From the human T2T-CHM13v2.0 reference genome, Homo sapiens: DNA of 64,000 nucleotides. Below the pieces are notes generated by a model. The model did not search any database, was not told where the DNA came from, and saw nothing but the letters and a program-made list of their open reading frames with translations. This document shows positions 28,571 through 42,680 of this stretch, in pieces (position 1 is the first letter of the stretch; each line of letters starts with the position of its first letter). Made by a program: the position numbers and the translations under genes. The stretch lies in assembly GCF_009914755.1 (NCBI RefSeq), contig NC_060932.1. One strand, written 5' to 3'.

Positions 28571-30280
28571 ATACTTATAGGCTTCCTCCAAAAAGATAAG
28601 AAGAAAGATCAGAAGCTGTAGAGAGACAGATTTCAGCTGAATAAACATTTTAAGTTTCTAAATCAGGAAAATGAATGACCTTGAGAAGCAAGCAATGCCC
28701 TTGACTATGGGCATTTTGATAAAGACTAAATGATGACCCAACTGGTATAGCATAAAGAAAAATCAATTAACAGATGTTTTTAACTTTTTCAATCCTTTTA
28801 ATGCAAAGAATCTATAATCCCTTAACTGCGCAAACCAAGATTAGAAACCCAAGAATGCAAAAGCCCTGCCTCTCTACATAGTTTAGTTAAATATGGAGAT
28901 GATGAACAGAAAAACATCAGGCCTTCAGCAATTTAGACTTAAAAGTTTAGCCTTTTATAGGTTTTTCATGTGGGCATAACTTTTTTCATATGTAATTAAG
29001 GCATGCCACCAGGTCACAGATGCCAAATAAAATAAAAATCCCTGAAGACTTAAATAAGAACTTAAGAAGTTATTTTTAAATGCATTGGTTAAAACAATAA
29101 GACTAAAAACTTGAAGCTGCATTGAGTGTATGGGCCCTACATGTATTTTCTTGCTTTCGATGGTTTTCAACCATTTAATTTCAGAAATGCCTTTTCATCT
29201 CTTTAATACTCAGTGCCTCTGAATTACATACATTTTTCTTCTATTTCCTATGTACTAGGAACAGGATTTAAGTCATTGCCTCTCTTCCTCCAACTATTGC
29301 TGAGAAGGCACTCTATTGCATATCCTAAAAAGACAAAAAGATTGCATTGAGGCTTTGTGAATCTGCTCAGTGACACATGAAACTCAGGCTGACTGGTACT
29401 GAGATGGATTCGATGACTCCAGCTGAATAGCCCTGGGAGCTGGAACCCCTCAGCACTCGTTAACTGAAACGTAAAGGAAATAATGGCAAATTGACTGTCT
29501 TGAATCAAGTATAAAGGAGAATGCCTGAAATAATTAGATGTCATGAATTTGGAAAGAGAAACTTCTTGCAGATTGCTTCCTTCAGATAACCTTGGACTCA
29601 GGAGTTTTGTATTGTTCACTTAACATAAGTGACTATGATTGAGTTATAAGTTCTCTAGGGAAAGCAGCACACTGAAATGGGTTATATCATGAGTTTAGCC
29701 TGGATGAAAGTGTTTACTCCGAAATTCCAAGTGGCATTGGTGTGGCTATTGGGGCAGCTTGCTGTGCTGAGGAGCATGGACCTGAGCGTCAGAGATTTGG
29801 CTCCTGGTCCTGCCATACCCATCACGGCAGCAAAAGTGACTACCCCATGGGCGCTGTGCAGCCTTCTTACACTTTGCCATGTTAGACTGGCATGCCGCTC
29901 CTATTTTATATAAAATGTAACTGAATATTAACTTGCCCAAGCATAAACCAAGCCCAGTTTCAGGTCCAGATTTGTCTCATTCCAAAGTGTTTAGTTAACA
30001 CTCTGCTACCCTTTGTTAGATGTGGACAAATTACATTATTTCCCCTGGACTTAGATTTCTTAATTCGATGACCTGGAAGGCTTTCTCTAGTAGAAATGGT
30101 CCATGAGTCCTTGGGAAACTGAGAACTAACTCTGAGCTATTACCTGCCATTTATTCTATGTGGCCCATCATTTGCTACGCACTCTCCTACTTCTTCAATG
30201 CACCTGTTCCACACCCTTGGAACTCACTTGCTCTTATAAACCCTAGTCATTTCTCCATTTGGAGCACTGTTGCTCCCCTT

Positions 30281-30968
<688 letters not shown>

Positions 30969-31354
30969 CCCTTCGATGATTTTCCTGCTGCAACGGAGCT
31001 CCACTTCAGTCAATATAGAAAGCAGACTTTCTAAAAGTCACGTATATAGATTCATAACCCATTACATCTCTTACAATTCTTATCTGGTCATCCATTGCAT
31101 AACATTCAATAATCTGTGTTGTTTGGAGCAAGTTACTAACAGCTCTAAGCTTTTGTTCCTCCTTATAACAGGGTTAAGATAATCACATGGAAGAACAGAT
31201 ATAGATGGTAAGTCCTCAGTAAATGTGCCTTATTACTTAGATTGTTGTTGACTCTATTACTGATGTTGTTATCTTTACCTCCTAAGAATGCTCCACTTGC
31301 ATCTTCTAAACCCTTTGGTGCCTTCACCTATGCTGGCCATTTGCTCTCTGATGA

Positions 31355-31837
<483 letters not shown>

Positions 31838-33532
31838 TAGTTTTTTGAATAATTAGGACAGGTTCATTTTCATATTCTTTTCTCATCACTATGTATTATC
31901 AAGCTCAGTGTCATATATCCCTTGGCCAAGTAATAAGCATTCTTTGATTAATGAAAAAGAAGAAGATCAATAAGTAACCCTGTCAAAAATTTTTTCAGAC
32001 AACCCAGGAATAAACACCTCAGGGCTAAGAGTAGCATTCCAGGTGGGAATCAGCTCCTGAAATGGGTCAAGATACGAAGAAAAACGAACCAGAGAGCACA
32101 GAGGCTTATCCTCTTAACTGAATCATTAAGCCAAAACAGTTCCAGTTGCAGTAGCTGCAGGATTCAAACAGGATTGTTTACTTGAAGCTCTAATTTAGAA
32201 GATGAAAGCCTACTGCTTTGTTTCTAATTACTTTTCCCATTTGTTTTGGTGAAGTGGAGGAAAATACTTAGTAAGCATTTCTGTTGCCAAATAGCTGAGT
32301 AATTTTCTGTTGTTCAGAGCCTGGCATCACCCTGCATACCTCTTGGTCATTATCACATGATCTCCTGATTATTTTTTGACACAAACAGATAATCTGTGTA
32401 ATATATTACATACGTTTCCTATAATCAGCCAAATCATTATTCTCTGCTGCTTAAAGCAACAGAAAAAAATGTATTCGTCTACTCCGTTCAGGAGAAGATA
32501 AATGTTTCAAATGTTTGATGAGGATTTAGAGTGATAACCTAGTTAAAACCTAAAGACTTGCTTGATCATACAGTGACTGACCAGTTCCAGTGCATAAAAT
32601 GACTCAATCCAGAGTTATCTGAGAGCCTTGCTTATAAAACATCATTTTGTGCTATATTTCCGGTATGCAATAGAACTGACAGCTCCTGTATTAATTAATG
32701 GACTTAGGTGTTAAAAAGTTAAAAATAAATGAGTAAATAACAATTATTTTGAAGTCACCATTTCCAAAACAAATGGCTTTTACTTAGGAAATAGCCTAAA
32801 ACATAATGTAGAATGGTGGTTTCTTCTAAATAGACATATACTACTTCATATAAAATCTTTTCCCAAAATAAAATCTTTGGATAATTTATAACTTTTCTAA
32901 AAGCACACTAATTTATTTATCATTCCATAATGAAAGTAAATATAGAACCTTCAGTTTAACTCCTCAAGTATTTGGTAGCTGCACTAAACCATAAGGATAG
33001 CTGGGTTCCAGCTAATACTGCTAGAAGGAACAGGGCCTCCTTCCTCATAAAGGCTATGATGAGTTCCTGGAGTATGTGCTGAGTGACAATAAAGAGTTTG
33101 CAGGGCTTAAAATCACATAACTAAGAAGGGCCATAAAGATTTTCTCATAAAACCTCTTGTAAAGAGAAGGCATGTTGCTCACAGAACATCGTGTATGAAG
33201 AAGGATATCTTTGGATCTCCATTGTGGCATAAAACATTATTCTTGAAGCATTTGTCCTGACGCAGCTCTGGCACTCCTCAGTATAAGGAGAAGTAGGAGG
33301 CATATGGTGGATCTTCAAGAACCAAACTTGAAGGAGAATTACATTCTTGGGTACCTTAGTATCATCAGTTCTCAGACTTGTTTCTTCAGTAGAGATCACT
33401 GAAACGCTTAAAGCATAGCACCTGCTTGTCATGTTGTAATGGGTTACTTACACATTTAGTCCACACCTATTTTTGTGTGTCCCGAAGGTACTCTGTAGAA
33501 TTTAACATTAAAAAATGGAATCTGATAATGAT

Positions 33533-33987
33533 TTTATTGCGGCACTATTCACAATAGCAAAGACTTGGAACCAACCCAGATGTCCAACAATGATAGACTG
33601 GATTAAGAAAATGTGGCACATATACACCATGGAATACTATGCAGCCATAAAAAATGATGAGTTCATGTCCTTTGTAGGGACATGGATGAAATTGGAAATC
33701 ATCATTCTCAGTAAACTATCGCAAGAACAAAAAACCAAACACCGCATATTCTCACTCATAGGTGGGAATTGAACAATGAGAACACATGGACACAGGAAGG
33801 GGAACATCACACTCTGGGGACTGTTGTGGGGTGGCGGGGTGGGGGAGGGATAGCATTGGGATATATACCTAATGCTAGATGACGAGTTAATGGGTGCAGC
33901 ACACCAGCATGGCACATGTATACATATGTAACTAACCTGCACATTGTGCACATGTACCCTAAAACTTAAAGTATAATAAAAAAAAAT
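33533..33987 (+). mobile_element. 5'-truncated young L1 (L1PA2/PA3-like) 3' end
   Basis: Encodes the ORF2p C-terminus FIAALFTIAKTWNQPRCPTMIDWIKKMWHIY..FSLIGGN. The 3'UTR has gacgagtta and gcacattgtg, and it ends aaagtataataaaaaaaaa. Confidence 0.96.
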
Positions 33988-34339
33988 TACTACTTATTTT
34001 AACTGGATTGTTTTGACTACATAAAACCAAACTCAATCTATCAGCATTTGTTTCATACCTACCACATGCCTGACGTTGTTCTAAGTTCTGGAGAAATGAT
34101 GAGTGAGACACAAATCTTTGAAGACAAGGGTTTCAAAGAATCTGGTTTGGCAGAAAAAACATATAAGCAAATAGTCCCAAGAAATCAGGTGGATGCAGTC
34201 CTATGATCGAGGTAATGCAGAGGAAAAAACTGGCACTTTTCCCATTCTAAAGTTATAAGCATTCCTTCTTCCTTTTAGTTGAAAATTTGTTTTAGGCTAG
34301 ACAATGCATCCTCTTTATTTTGAAGCCTGGGAAATGGGC

Positions 34340-34680
34340 TGTTACAGTGGAAAGAGTACACACATATTGGACAGAGAAACCTGCTCAGAAGTCTAGGCCT
34401 CGCACTTATAGTATTATGACATCAGGTACTTTGCATAAACCCCTTAAGCCCCAGTCTTCTCATCTACAAATAGGGATTCCATGAGATACTATGATACATA
34501 TAGATCACCTAAAACACCCTAGGTCAGTCATAGGTCTTGTGCAACCTTGAACAAATTACTTAACATATCATTTGTAAATAGGAGTAGGATTTGCTAAATC
34601 AGGGGTGGAGAATATAGAGATTGCTGACATTAAGCGACTGACACATCATGCTCAATAATTTATATCTACTATTAGTAGTA
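34340..34680 (+). mobile_element. MIR fragments (two)
   Basis: ccccagtcttctcatctacaaataggg and gtgcaaccttgaacaaattacttaac cores. Confidence 0.5.
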
Positions 34681-35799
34681 GTATGACTTTATGCCCATCC
34701 TTGGATCTACATGCATCCTTTTTATTTAATGTGGTCATTCCTGAGGAGTCAGGGACTAGACATTTTGCTTTGCATGTGGGCTTCATGCTTTGACTTCCAG
34801 AGGGACATTTTGGCATGTGGTGTAGTGTTGTGCATGCTTTGTTAGAACTTCAAAGCCTGGTAGTTGAATGTCCTTACCTTGCACAGAACAATGGCCTGAT
34901 AAGTGCTCATTTCATGAATAAGCATCGCCTTCAGGAAGCTAAGCATCCCATCAGAACAACTTCACCAGAGTCAGGATGCTTCATGAAAGGGCCAAAGTTA
35001 TCCCTGTTTGTGCACTCATAACTCTCTCCTGGGACACATGCTCATTAGCTACAAAGAATTGTTTCATTTAATTTTAAGTTATTCCCTGAAACTTGTATGT
35101 GAATGAGACACTGTAAAGTTCACAGGCTACTTCTATTCCTATCACTTATATTTGATTTATGCTTGAAAATATTCACTTGATCTCTTCATTTACAATAAGC
35201 TCTGATTATTTCCTTCCAATTTATGATGGAGCATCCAAGTCTTGAGGCTCATGCTGATGACCTAGCACTGTGATCTCATCTTATCCACAATGGAGAGTCA
35301 CTGCGTAGGCAGAAATGGTTTCACCAAAGGCCGGGTGTCTGTGTGGTGCCTGGATGTGGGGTGCATGTGGCTTGGGAAGAGGCTCTTGAGGTGTGAAATA
35401 GAGTTGTCGTCTTCAAAACACAGAAAACTAGGAGTAATACTCTTTGCTTGGCTCTTTCTTGAATTTTCCAGAGTTTTCATGAGTGCCTTGACAATGAAGT
35501 TTATATCTAATAGTGCACAGGCATCTTCCAGTGACAATTTTATAAATGAAGGTGTATTACAGAGAAAAAAATTGTTTCTTGATATATTTAATCTTGTATA
35601 TGTGTGTTTAAAAAAACTGATTACATATATACATATTTTCAAAAACAATGTTTTGTTGGTATTATTCAGTGAAACTAAGTCCTAGTGGCAAACACAAATT
35701 TACTTTTATTGAGTGGGGAAAAAAACGCCAGTAAATCTCTGGTGCCTTCCTGTCATCTCACGGAGGTGCGAGGCCACAGCAGTGACCATGGGTGCCCTG

Positions 35800-35970
35800 C
35801 AGCCGGGTGGCCAGACAGCGAGTCTCCCATGTAGGACTACTGCTCGCTCGCTGTGTGATCTTGGGCAGGTTTTTAGCGTCCCTGTGCCTCAATTTTCTTG
35901 TCAAATTGTTTCTGTCTCATAGGACTGTTGTGAAGATATGTGATTAAGGGAATTAATGAGGTGGAACACG
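35800..35970 (+). mobile_element. MIR SINE
   Basis: gctgtgtgatcttgggcagg..ctgtgcctcaatttt..ctcataggactgttgtgaagat. Confidence 0.7.
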
Positions 35971-37892
35971 TTCAGTTAATCAGCAGGAGATGGTGCTATT
36001 TTAGTATGGAATTTCCCCTCACACCACATTTCTAGAACTAACTGAACCCTAGAAGACCAGGGTTTTGGGATTTGCCCAGAAAAGTCAGTGGGACATGTTG
36101 TGGTTTTTCGTCCAGACACATGTGGTTTTTCGTGCAGAAGAGAGAGCTAACTGTCACCCCCAGAGCCAGAAGGGGATCTTAAGACTGTCGATTCAATACA
36201 GGACTGGTGCACCTTTTTCAGTGGACCTGAGCATGCATGGAGCTGACCCATTCAATGGACCAAACTCTTTGTAAGAACACAGGAAAACAAGGAAAGAAGG
36301 AGGTTTCTTCAGATTTCATAGGCCAAACACAAACCCTCCCATCCCCAAGACCCCAGCCCCCTAACGCCACCAGTCACCCTACGGAAGTCCCCATAAGAGA
36401 ACTGCTCTTCATCGTTGTTTTACCTCTTATTTCCACACTCCACCCCCACCTTGCCTATCAGTACCAATCCCGGAATTGTTTGTGCATTTCTCTCTGAACT
36501 TTCTCTCCCACTTCTGGTCCCACAGAATCAAAAATGGGTATCTGGCTCCCTGGTATGTATTCATTCTTGAGGTTCCCTAGAGGAGTCTACATGCATCCTC
36601 TGGCTTTCCTGGGCAAGGGCCCTGGGGCCCTCAGCCCACATGCTGCTGCAGATCTGGGGGTAAACAGGGCTGCAGAGTCACCCAGGGCCTGGCATGTGTC
36701 CCAAGCCCTGCTGCCCTCTCCTCCCACCCTGTCTCAGGAAATGTCCAGCATATGGCCACGGACAACAATATTGTTATGAGGTTGTGACATTAATTGAAAA
36801 GAACACTAGCATTTTCAAAATAATCCAACTTGTAAATTGAAGCCATAGCTTTACTGCAGTTTTGAAGCATTTTTTTCCACATATGTGCGATGCCATATTT
36901 GTAGCACATGGTCTGCACACAGCACCCACTGGGACTCCACCTCTCAGTGGGCACCATGTTTCCACTGGGCATGAGTACACTCAACATTCTTGATTATGAG
37001 ATCTGTATAAATCTATCATACAAATGACAGCAGATAGGCTAAGATCATATTTAAGATATATTTCATAATGTACTAGTATACGCTCATTGTAAAAATATTT
37101 AAAAATATGAAAAGCTATAAAGCAGAAAAGTACGTAGAATCATACCATTCAGAGATAACTGCAAGAGGAAAGTGATTTTTACATTCCAATGCTAAAAAAA
37201 TTTTAGCAAATTATGTTATATAAATGCTATGGTTTAAAAAAACAGCTATTATATCTTGAACATTACAAAGACCATAAAATGATCTGCATGGAATATTTTA
37301 AATATGATCTTACATGCTCAGAAAGAGTTTTATAGAAAAAAATTCCAGCCAGGGAATTTTTATTTGAAAGGACTGCCAAAACAGTTGGCATTTTCTGGAT
37401 ATGTTTGCTACTGTGGGCTACTGTCTACCATTGCACTGTTCAAATATTAAAAACCAAAAGAGAATAGGCAATGACACCAAGAATCTTACAGCATGTCTTT
37501 TGCCTCATCTCCTCCTGCGAGTGCTGAGGAACTCTTTGAAGGGGGTGAGGGGCCCTTGTAATTGGTACGGTGTCCACATGCCTGGAGAATGAGCAGCTCT
37601 ACGTATGCATTCAGGGCCCTCTGTTCACACACAGCTCTGTCCTTAATCTGTTTGCTGCTGAATGACTGGGCTGCACATCTGCGACAGCCTCATGCCACTT
37701 ATTCTCCCCTAACCTACCTCCTCTTCAGCTGCAGTCAAGCTTGCCTTTGTTAACCCAAATAGTCTGTTTTCTTAGAAATGTGTATAATGTTGTTTATTGC
37801 TTTTTCAGTAAGAAGCTCAGAGACAAAGTAGAGAAACAAATGATACAGATATGACCATACGAGAGAGAGAGAAAGTTGTATGATTTGACTAA

Positions 37893-38066
37893 AGCAGTGG
37901 TTCTCAATCCAGAGGTTATCAGCATTTCCCGAAGGGCTTGTTAAGAAGGGATTGCTGGGCCCCACCCTAGAGGTTGAAGAAGTAGTAGTGCTGGAGTGGG
38001 AGGCTGGGAATTTCCAGTTCTAACAAGTTCCCAGGTGCTGCCAATCCTACAATTAAGGAACGACCA
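37893..38066. mobile_element. MER5A hAT-Charlie fossil
   Basis: cagtggttctcaa terminus, gattgctgggccccaccc and ttctaacaagttcccaggtgctgc. Confidence 0.8.
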
Positions 38067-38069
38067 GAG

Positions 38070-38271
38070 CGCTAATATCTCTTCGAGATCCTGATTTCAA
38101 TCATTTTTGATAAATATTCAGAAGTGGAATTTTTGGATCATATGGTAGTTATATTTTTAATTTTCTGAGGAATCTCCATACTGTTTTCCATGGTGGCTGC
38201 ACCATTTTGCATTCCTACCAACAGTGTACAAGGGTTCCAATTTCTCCACATCCTTACTAACACCAATTGTC

Positions 38272-38328
<57 letters not shown>

Positions 38329-38611
38329 TATTAGAAATGCACATCAAAGCCACAGTGAGGTATCACCTCACCCCAACTGATACCTCATTTGGTATCAATT
38401 GAGGCGATACCTCACTGTGGCTTTGATTTGCATCTCCCTAATGATTAGTGACATTAAGCGATTTTTCATCTGCCTGTTGGCTATTTGTATGTCTTCTTTG
38501 GAGAAATGATTCAAGTCTTTAGCCTATTTTAAAAATCAGATTTTTGCTTCTTTTTGCTACTGAGTTATAGAATCTCCTTATATATTTTGGAAAATAATCC
38601 TTTACCTAATA
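38070..38611 (-). mobile_element. L1MA/MB fragment (antisense) containing (AT)25 and an inverted duplication
   Basis: ggatcatatggtagttatatttttaattttctgaggaatctccatactgttttccatggtggctgcaccattttgcattcctaccaacagtgtacaagggttcc. Confidence 0.88.
38276..38325. repeat. (AT)25 microsatellite
   Basis: Perfect dinucleotide run. Confidence 0.97.
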
Positions 38612-38762
38612 TTGGGGAGAGGGGAATGGGGAATTAGTAAGAAGCAGACATAAAGTCTCAATTATGCAAGAGGGAAGAGATCCAGAGATCTGCTGTACAA
38701 CATTGCCCCTGGAATTAGCAATGTGGTATTCTACACTTAAAATTTTGTTCATAAGTAAGATC
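38612..38762 (+). mobile_element. L1MA/MB 3' UTR fragment (sense)
   Basis: ggggaatggggaattag..aaagtctcaattatgcaaga..gagatctgctgtacaacat..tacacttaaaatttt. Confidence 0.7.
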
Positions 38763-39478
38763 CTGGACCAAAGAAGCTCCCCTAAGAGGTGGTTTTTTCT
38801 TGTCTTCTCCTCTAAGCTCCTCTAAATTCCCTGAACAAAAAAGCCTCTTGATAGAACATGCTTTCAGGCTGTCCTGAGTTTTAGCAGGACTATAAGAAAA
38901 GAGGCAGAGATTCCAAGGCATGCGAGACTGATGTGTAGGCAAACAGCTCCAGTGTAGCAAGGAGGAAGGCAGAAAGCACAATCAGATTTCAAGGTTCACT
39001 TTCCTCTTCCCCTTCGAATATATTGTTCTTACCTTAAGTGTTCCAAAATGGATTTTCTGCCCCTTTCCCTCCCACCCACTTACATGTCAAAACCTCCAGA
39101 TTGAATAAAATAATGTATAAAAGAAAATTACACTTGACAAATGGGCCAGTTTAAATTAGCAGTTCAGAATCACTACAATATGACACCAATATCTATGCTA
39201 TGTGTTCCCACCTAGAGGGCAGTAAATCAAAGCTGCGTTTGGTTTTATGGCTGCTAGCACATGCATCCACATGCTTATAAAGTATCTATAATGATTTCTA
39301 ACAGGAAAGGAGCAGTCATTGTGTCCAGTTCACAGATCTCACATAATCTCTTTGCAACTGATCCACTGTCAAGGCCAAAGCAAAAGTTAAGACTAGGATT
39401 TACCAGGTCTGATTAAGTATTCCATCGTCACCATGAACATGTGTCCCAGCGCAAAGTAGTCTGGATGCTTCTAGACAG

Positions 39479-40202
39479 TGTAAAAGGCATTAATTCCAGG
39501 ATAGCCCCCAAGATTCCCATATCCTCAACTTTCAAAATTTCCCAGCAGACATTAATCGATGTGGAAAACCTGTGCATAATGATCTAAGCCCAGAACCCAA
39601 CTCCATTTTACACACTGCATATGCTTGTATAATTCTCTTCCATTCAGTGTGGGCAGAGCCTATGGGATGTCACTGTGTGATTATACTGTTACATGCAAAA
39701 GGAATTTTGGAGATATGATTAAGGTTACTAATCAGTTGACTTTGACTTAATAAATGGGAGTTTATTCAGGTGGGCCTGACTTAATTACATGAGCTCTTTA
39801 AATCTGGGTCCAGAGGTCAGAGGAAAAGTCAGTGATTGGAAGCAACAGACATTCTCTTGCTGGTCTTGAAGGAGCAAATGGACATTTTGTGGAGAAAGCC
39901 ACATGGAAGAGAGCAGTGGGCAGTCACGAAGAGCTAAGAATGGTCCCCAGATGACAGCCAGGAAACAGGACCTCAGCCCTATGACTACAAGGAAGTTAAT
40001 TTTGCCAACAGCCTGCGTGGCCTGCAAAGAACCCCAGCCTCAGATGAGACAGCAGTCCAAGCTGACACAATCTCAGCTATGGGAGACCCTGAGCAAGAAC
40101 CTAGCCATGGGATGCCCAGACAGCTGACTGGCAAACTGGGAACTAATAAATGGATATTGTAGGCAGGCACTCAGTGTTACTCAGCAATAGAAAACAAATT
40201 CA
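39479..40202 (+). mobile_element. MaLR LTR, MLT1E-like, carrying a ~100-bp foreign insert
   Basis: TG..CA termini with near-TSD gacag/gacaa. Contains ttaaggttactaatcagttgactttga, ctgagcaagaacctagcc and gttactcagcaatagaaaac. Confidence 0.85.
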
Positions 40203-41699
40203 GACAATTTCTGTTTGTTTTTGTCATTGGCACAAACCAATGTGTCTCACTGTGCTGCTTTTATTCTCTTCCCTTCCTATTCTGATTATAGGTATCACCA
40301 CACTCTGACAACTCTACTAGAAACCTCGTGTAGAATGCAGGTGAGTTCTGGGCTCAGATCATTATGCACAGTTTTTCACCTAGATTAATGTCTGCTGGGA
40401 AATTTTGAAAGTTGAGGACATGGGAAAGTTCTTTACAAATTAGGTCTGCCCCACATAATACAGGTTGTCTAACAGGCCATGCCTTCATTCTTCAAATGCC
40501 AGTTCATGTTCCCCAATTACTATGGCAACCAAAATCATAGCCCTACATTTGGCAAAGCCCTCACGAGTAAAGCCATCTCCCCAAAAACCACTAATTTAGC
40601 CCCATATAGCTGGGCTCTCCTAGTCTCACCGCTGCCTACTTAGCCTCTCTGGGAACTCTGCTGTCACTTATTCTCTGGGTCAGGGCTAATATCATTTTCT
40701 CCACTCTGAATTCTTCTCTATCCTCTTCAATTTTAACCCTTTCTTTGTTTACCTACATACACACATACATACATATACACATAGGCATTGTGGTGTTTAA
40801 AACAAAATTGGCTTCAAAGCACTCATCAAATCTGCCTTCCTCTTGAAGTCTCAGAACCTCATCTCCCTTATTCATACACACTAATGAACATGTTGTCTCC
40901 CAACTTCTTGAATCCATTTTTTACTTTTATTGCTATATTATTTATCAAGAATATTGGCATATTGTTATGTTTTTGTGTTATCTGTTACGTTTTCCATTAC
41001 ATTTTTAAAGGTGTACCCACAGCAACAAATATTTAATGAATTAATGAGTATTACATAAGGAGTATAAGTAATAAGTAACATGATATATTTTAGCATCGAT
41101 TTAGATATTCAAATTTCAGAAGTTCTTCCCATTGAGTAAATTCAAATACTCTTGCCACACTCTGAGATGGAATGCTTAAAGATTAACATCCTCTGCCACT
41201 AATATTCTCATTCTTTCTAATGAGCCATAGGGAAGTATGTGTAATCTCTGTCCTCAGTTCTTCTTCCCAATGGGATGAGGAGGAGATCAGTCTGGGAAAC
41301 AGATTCACTTTCGAGCCAAGTACACTATGAAGTTGTTTTTAAACAGTCCTCTAGAACTCTCTTGGTAATGTGATAACAGCCCAAAGCAATGGCTTGGCAT
41401 GTCCATGTCCCTGGAGATAATGTAATATAAGAAACCACAGCCATGCTTTCTTCCCAGCCTGGAATGATTCATAGTGGCCATGAGCCGGTACTTGGAGTAA
41501 CAGAAGCATGGAAGCCTCTGCTGCCCCACTGCCTCATACAATGAAATAGAAATCAGCAAAATAGCAGTAATTGCTAGTGGTTCTCCTCCTGTTCCCCAAT
41601 CGGGGGGGCAAGGTCTCTAATTTAATAAGTCCTACTTGACTAGCAGGCTCCCAGACTAGTATTTGCAGCACTCATTGAGCAGGATGCCTGGAGACAACA

Positions 41700-42680
41700 G
41701 TAGTTTTTATAATCGTGTTGCTTTATATGCATGAGAATTAACCTAGAATTAATGGAAAAAAGTTAAATCCTCAACTCATCTGAAATATCAAAATCTTTTC
41801 CAAATAGATAAGAAGTTAAATCTAACTCAAAAAAATCAAATAGTAAAAATATAAGATTTGAATGATGAAATATTTTGTGGGCATAAAAAATGAAACAAGT
41901 GACAAATGATTACTTCAAAAGATATGTATAACTTTAAAAATGTAATACCTCACAATAAAAAATAAAAAGCAAAAGGCAAACAATCTAAGAAATGACTATT
42001 ATAAATTAGAAAGGGTTAATAGTCTTATTATTTTGCCTTTTACAAATAAATAAGGAAAACATCAAAAACTCCAGTAGAAACTTTGATAAAGATTAATAAA
42101 GGGACATTTTTCAGTAAAATAAATAGAAATTAATTTTAGACTTAAGAAAATTGTCATTCTTATTAATAACCAAAGGAATGCAAATACAATTTCTCATCTT
42201 GTGATAAGATGTGATATGACATGGTAAAAGTTTAAATAATAATATTAAAGAGTCTTAGGAAGTAGTAACTACAAAACAAAATATATACGTTTCTACTTAA
42301 TATAGGTTAAATAGTCAGCGGTAGCAAGAATGTAGCAAAACCAAACACTCCTGCTATGAAAACAGAAATTGTCAACCACCCTTCTCTAAAGAAATTTGTC
42401 ATTATATTTTAGGAGTCTCAATATGTCAGATGCTTTAGTCTAACAATTGCATTTCTAGAAATATGAAAAATAACAAGATATGGTAAAAATGTTGATGATA
42501 CAATGTTTAAAAATTATGTCTATAGTCATTATCTCAACTGTATTATATACGGTATATAGCTAGAAGTAAACCTAGCAGAAAGTGTTAATTATAACCACTT
42601 CCAATTTGTAAAAATGAGTGTTGCTTCTTTTCTAAGTTTTCTATGTGAGAATGTAAATAATTTTATTATTAGAAGATCAC
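41700..42680 (+). mobile_element. Highly degraded L1ME-type fragments
   Basis: A-rich sense-L1 remnants (aaagggttaatagtctta..; aataaccaaaggaatgcaaat; caattgcatttctagaaat). Confidence 0.45.

Noticed and set aside
39207-39222. CTCF-like motif cccacctagagggcag
   Set aside because: The 3' half matches but the 5' half is out of register with the CCACYAG core. Too weak without ChIP data.
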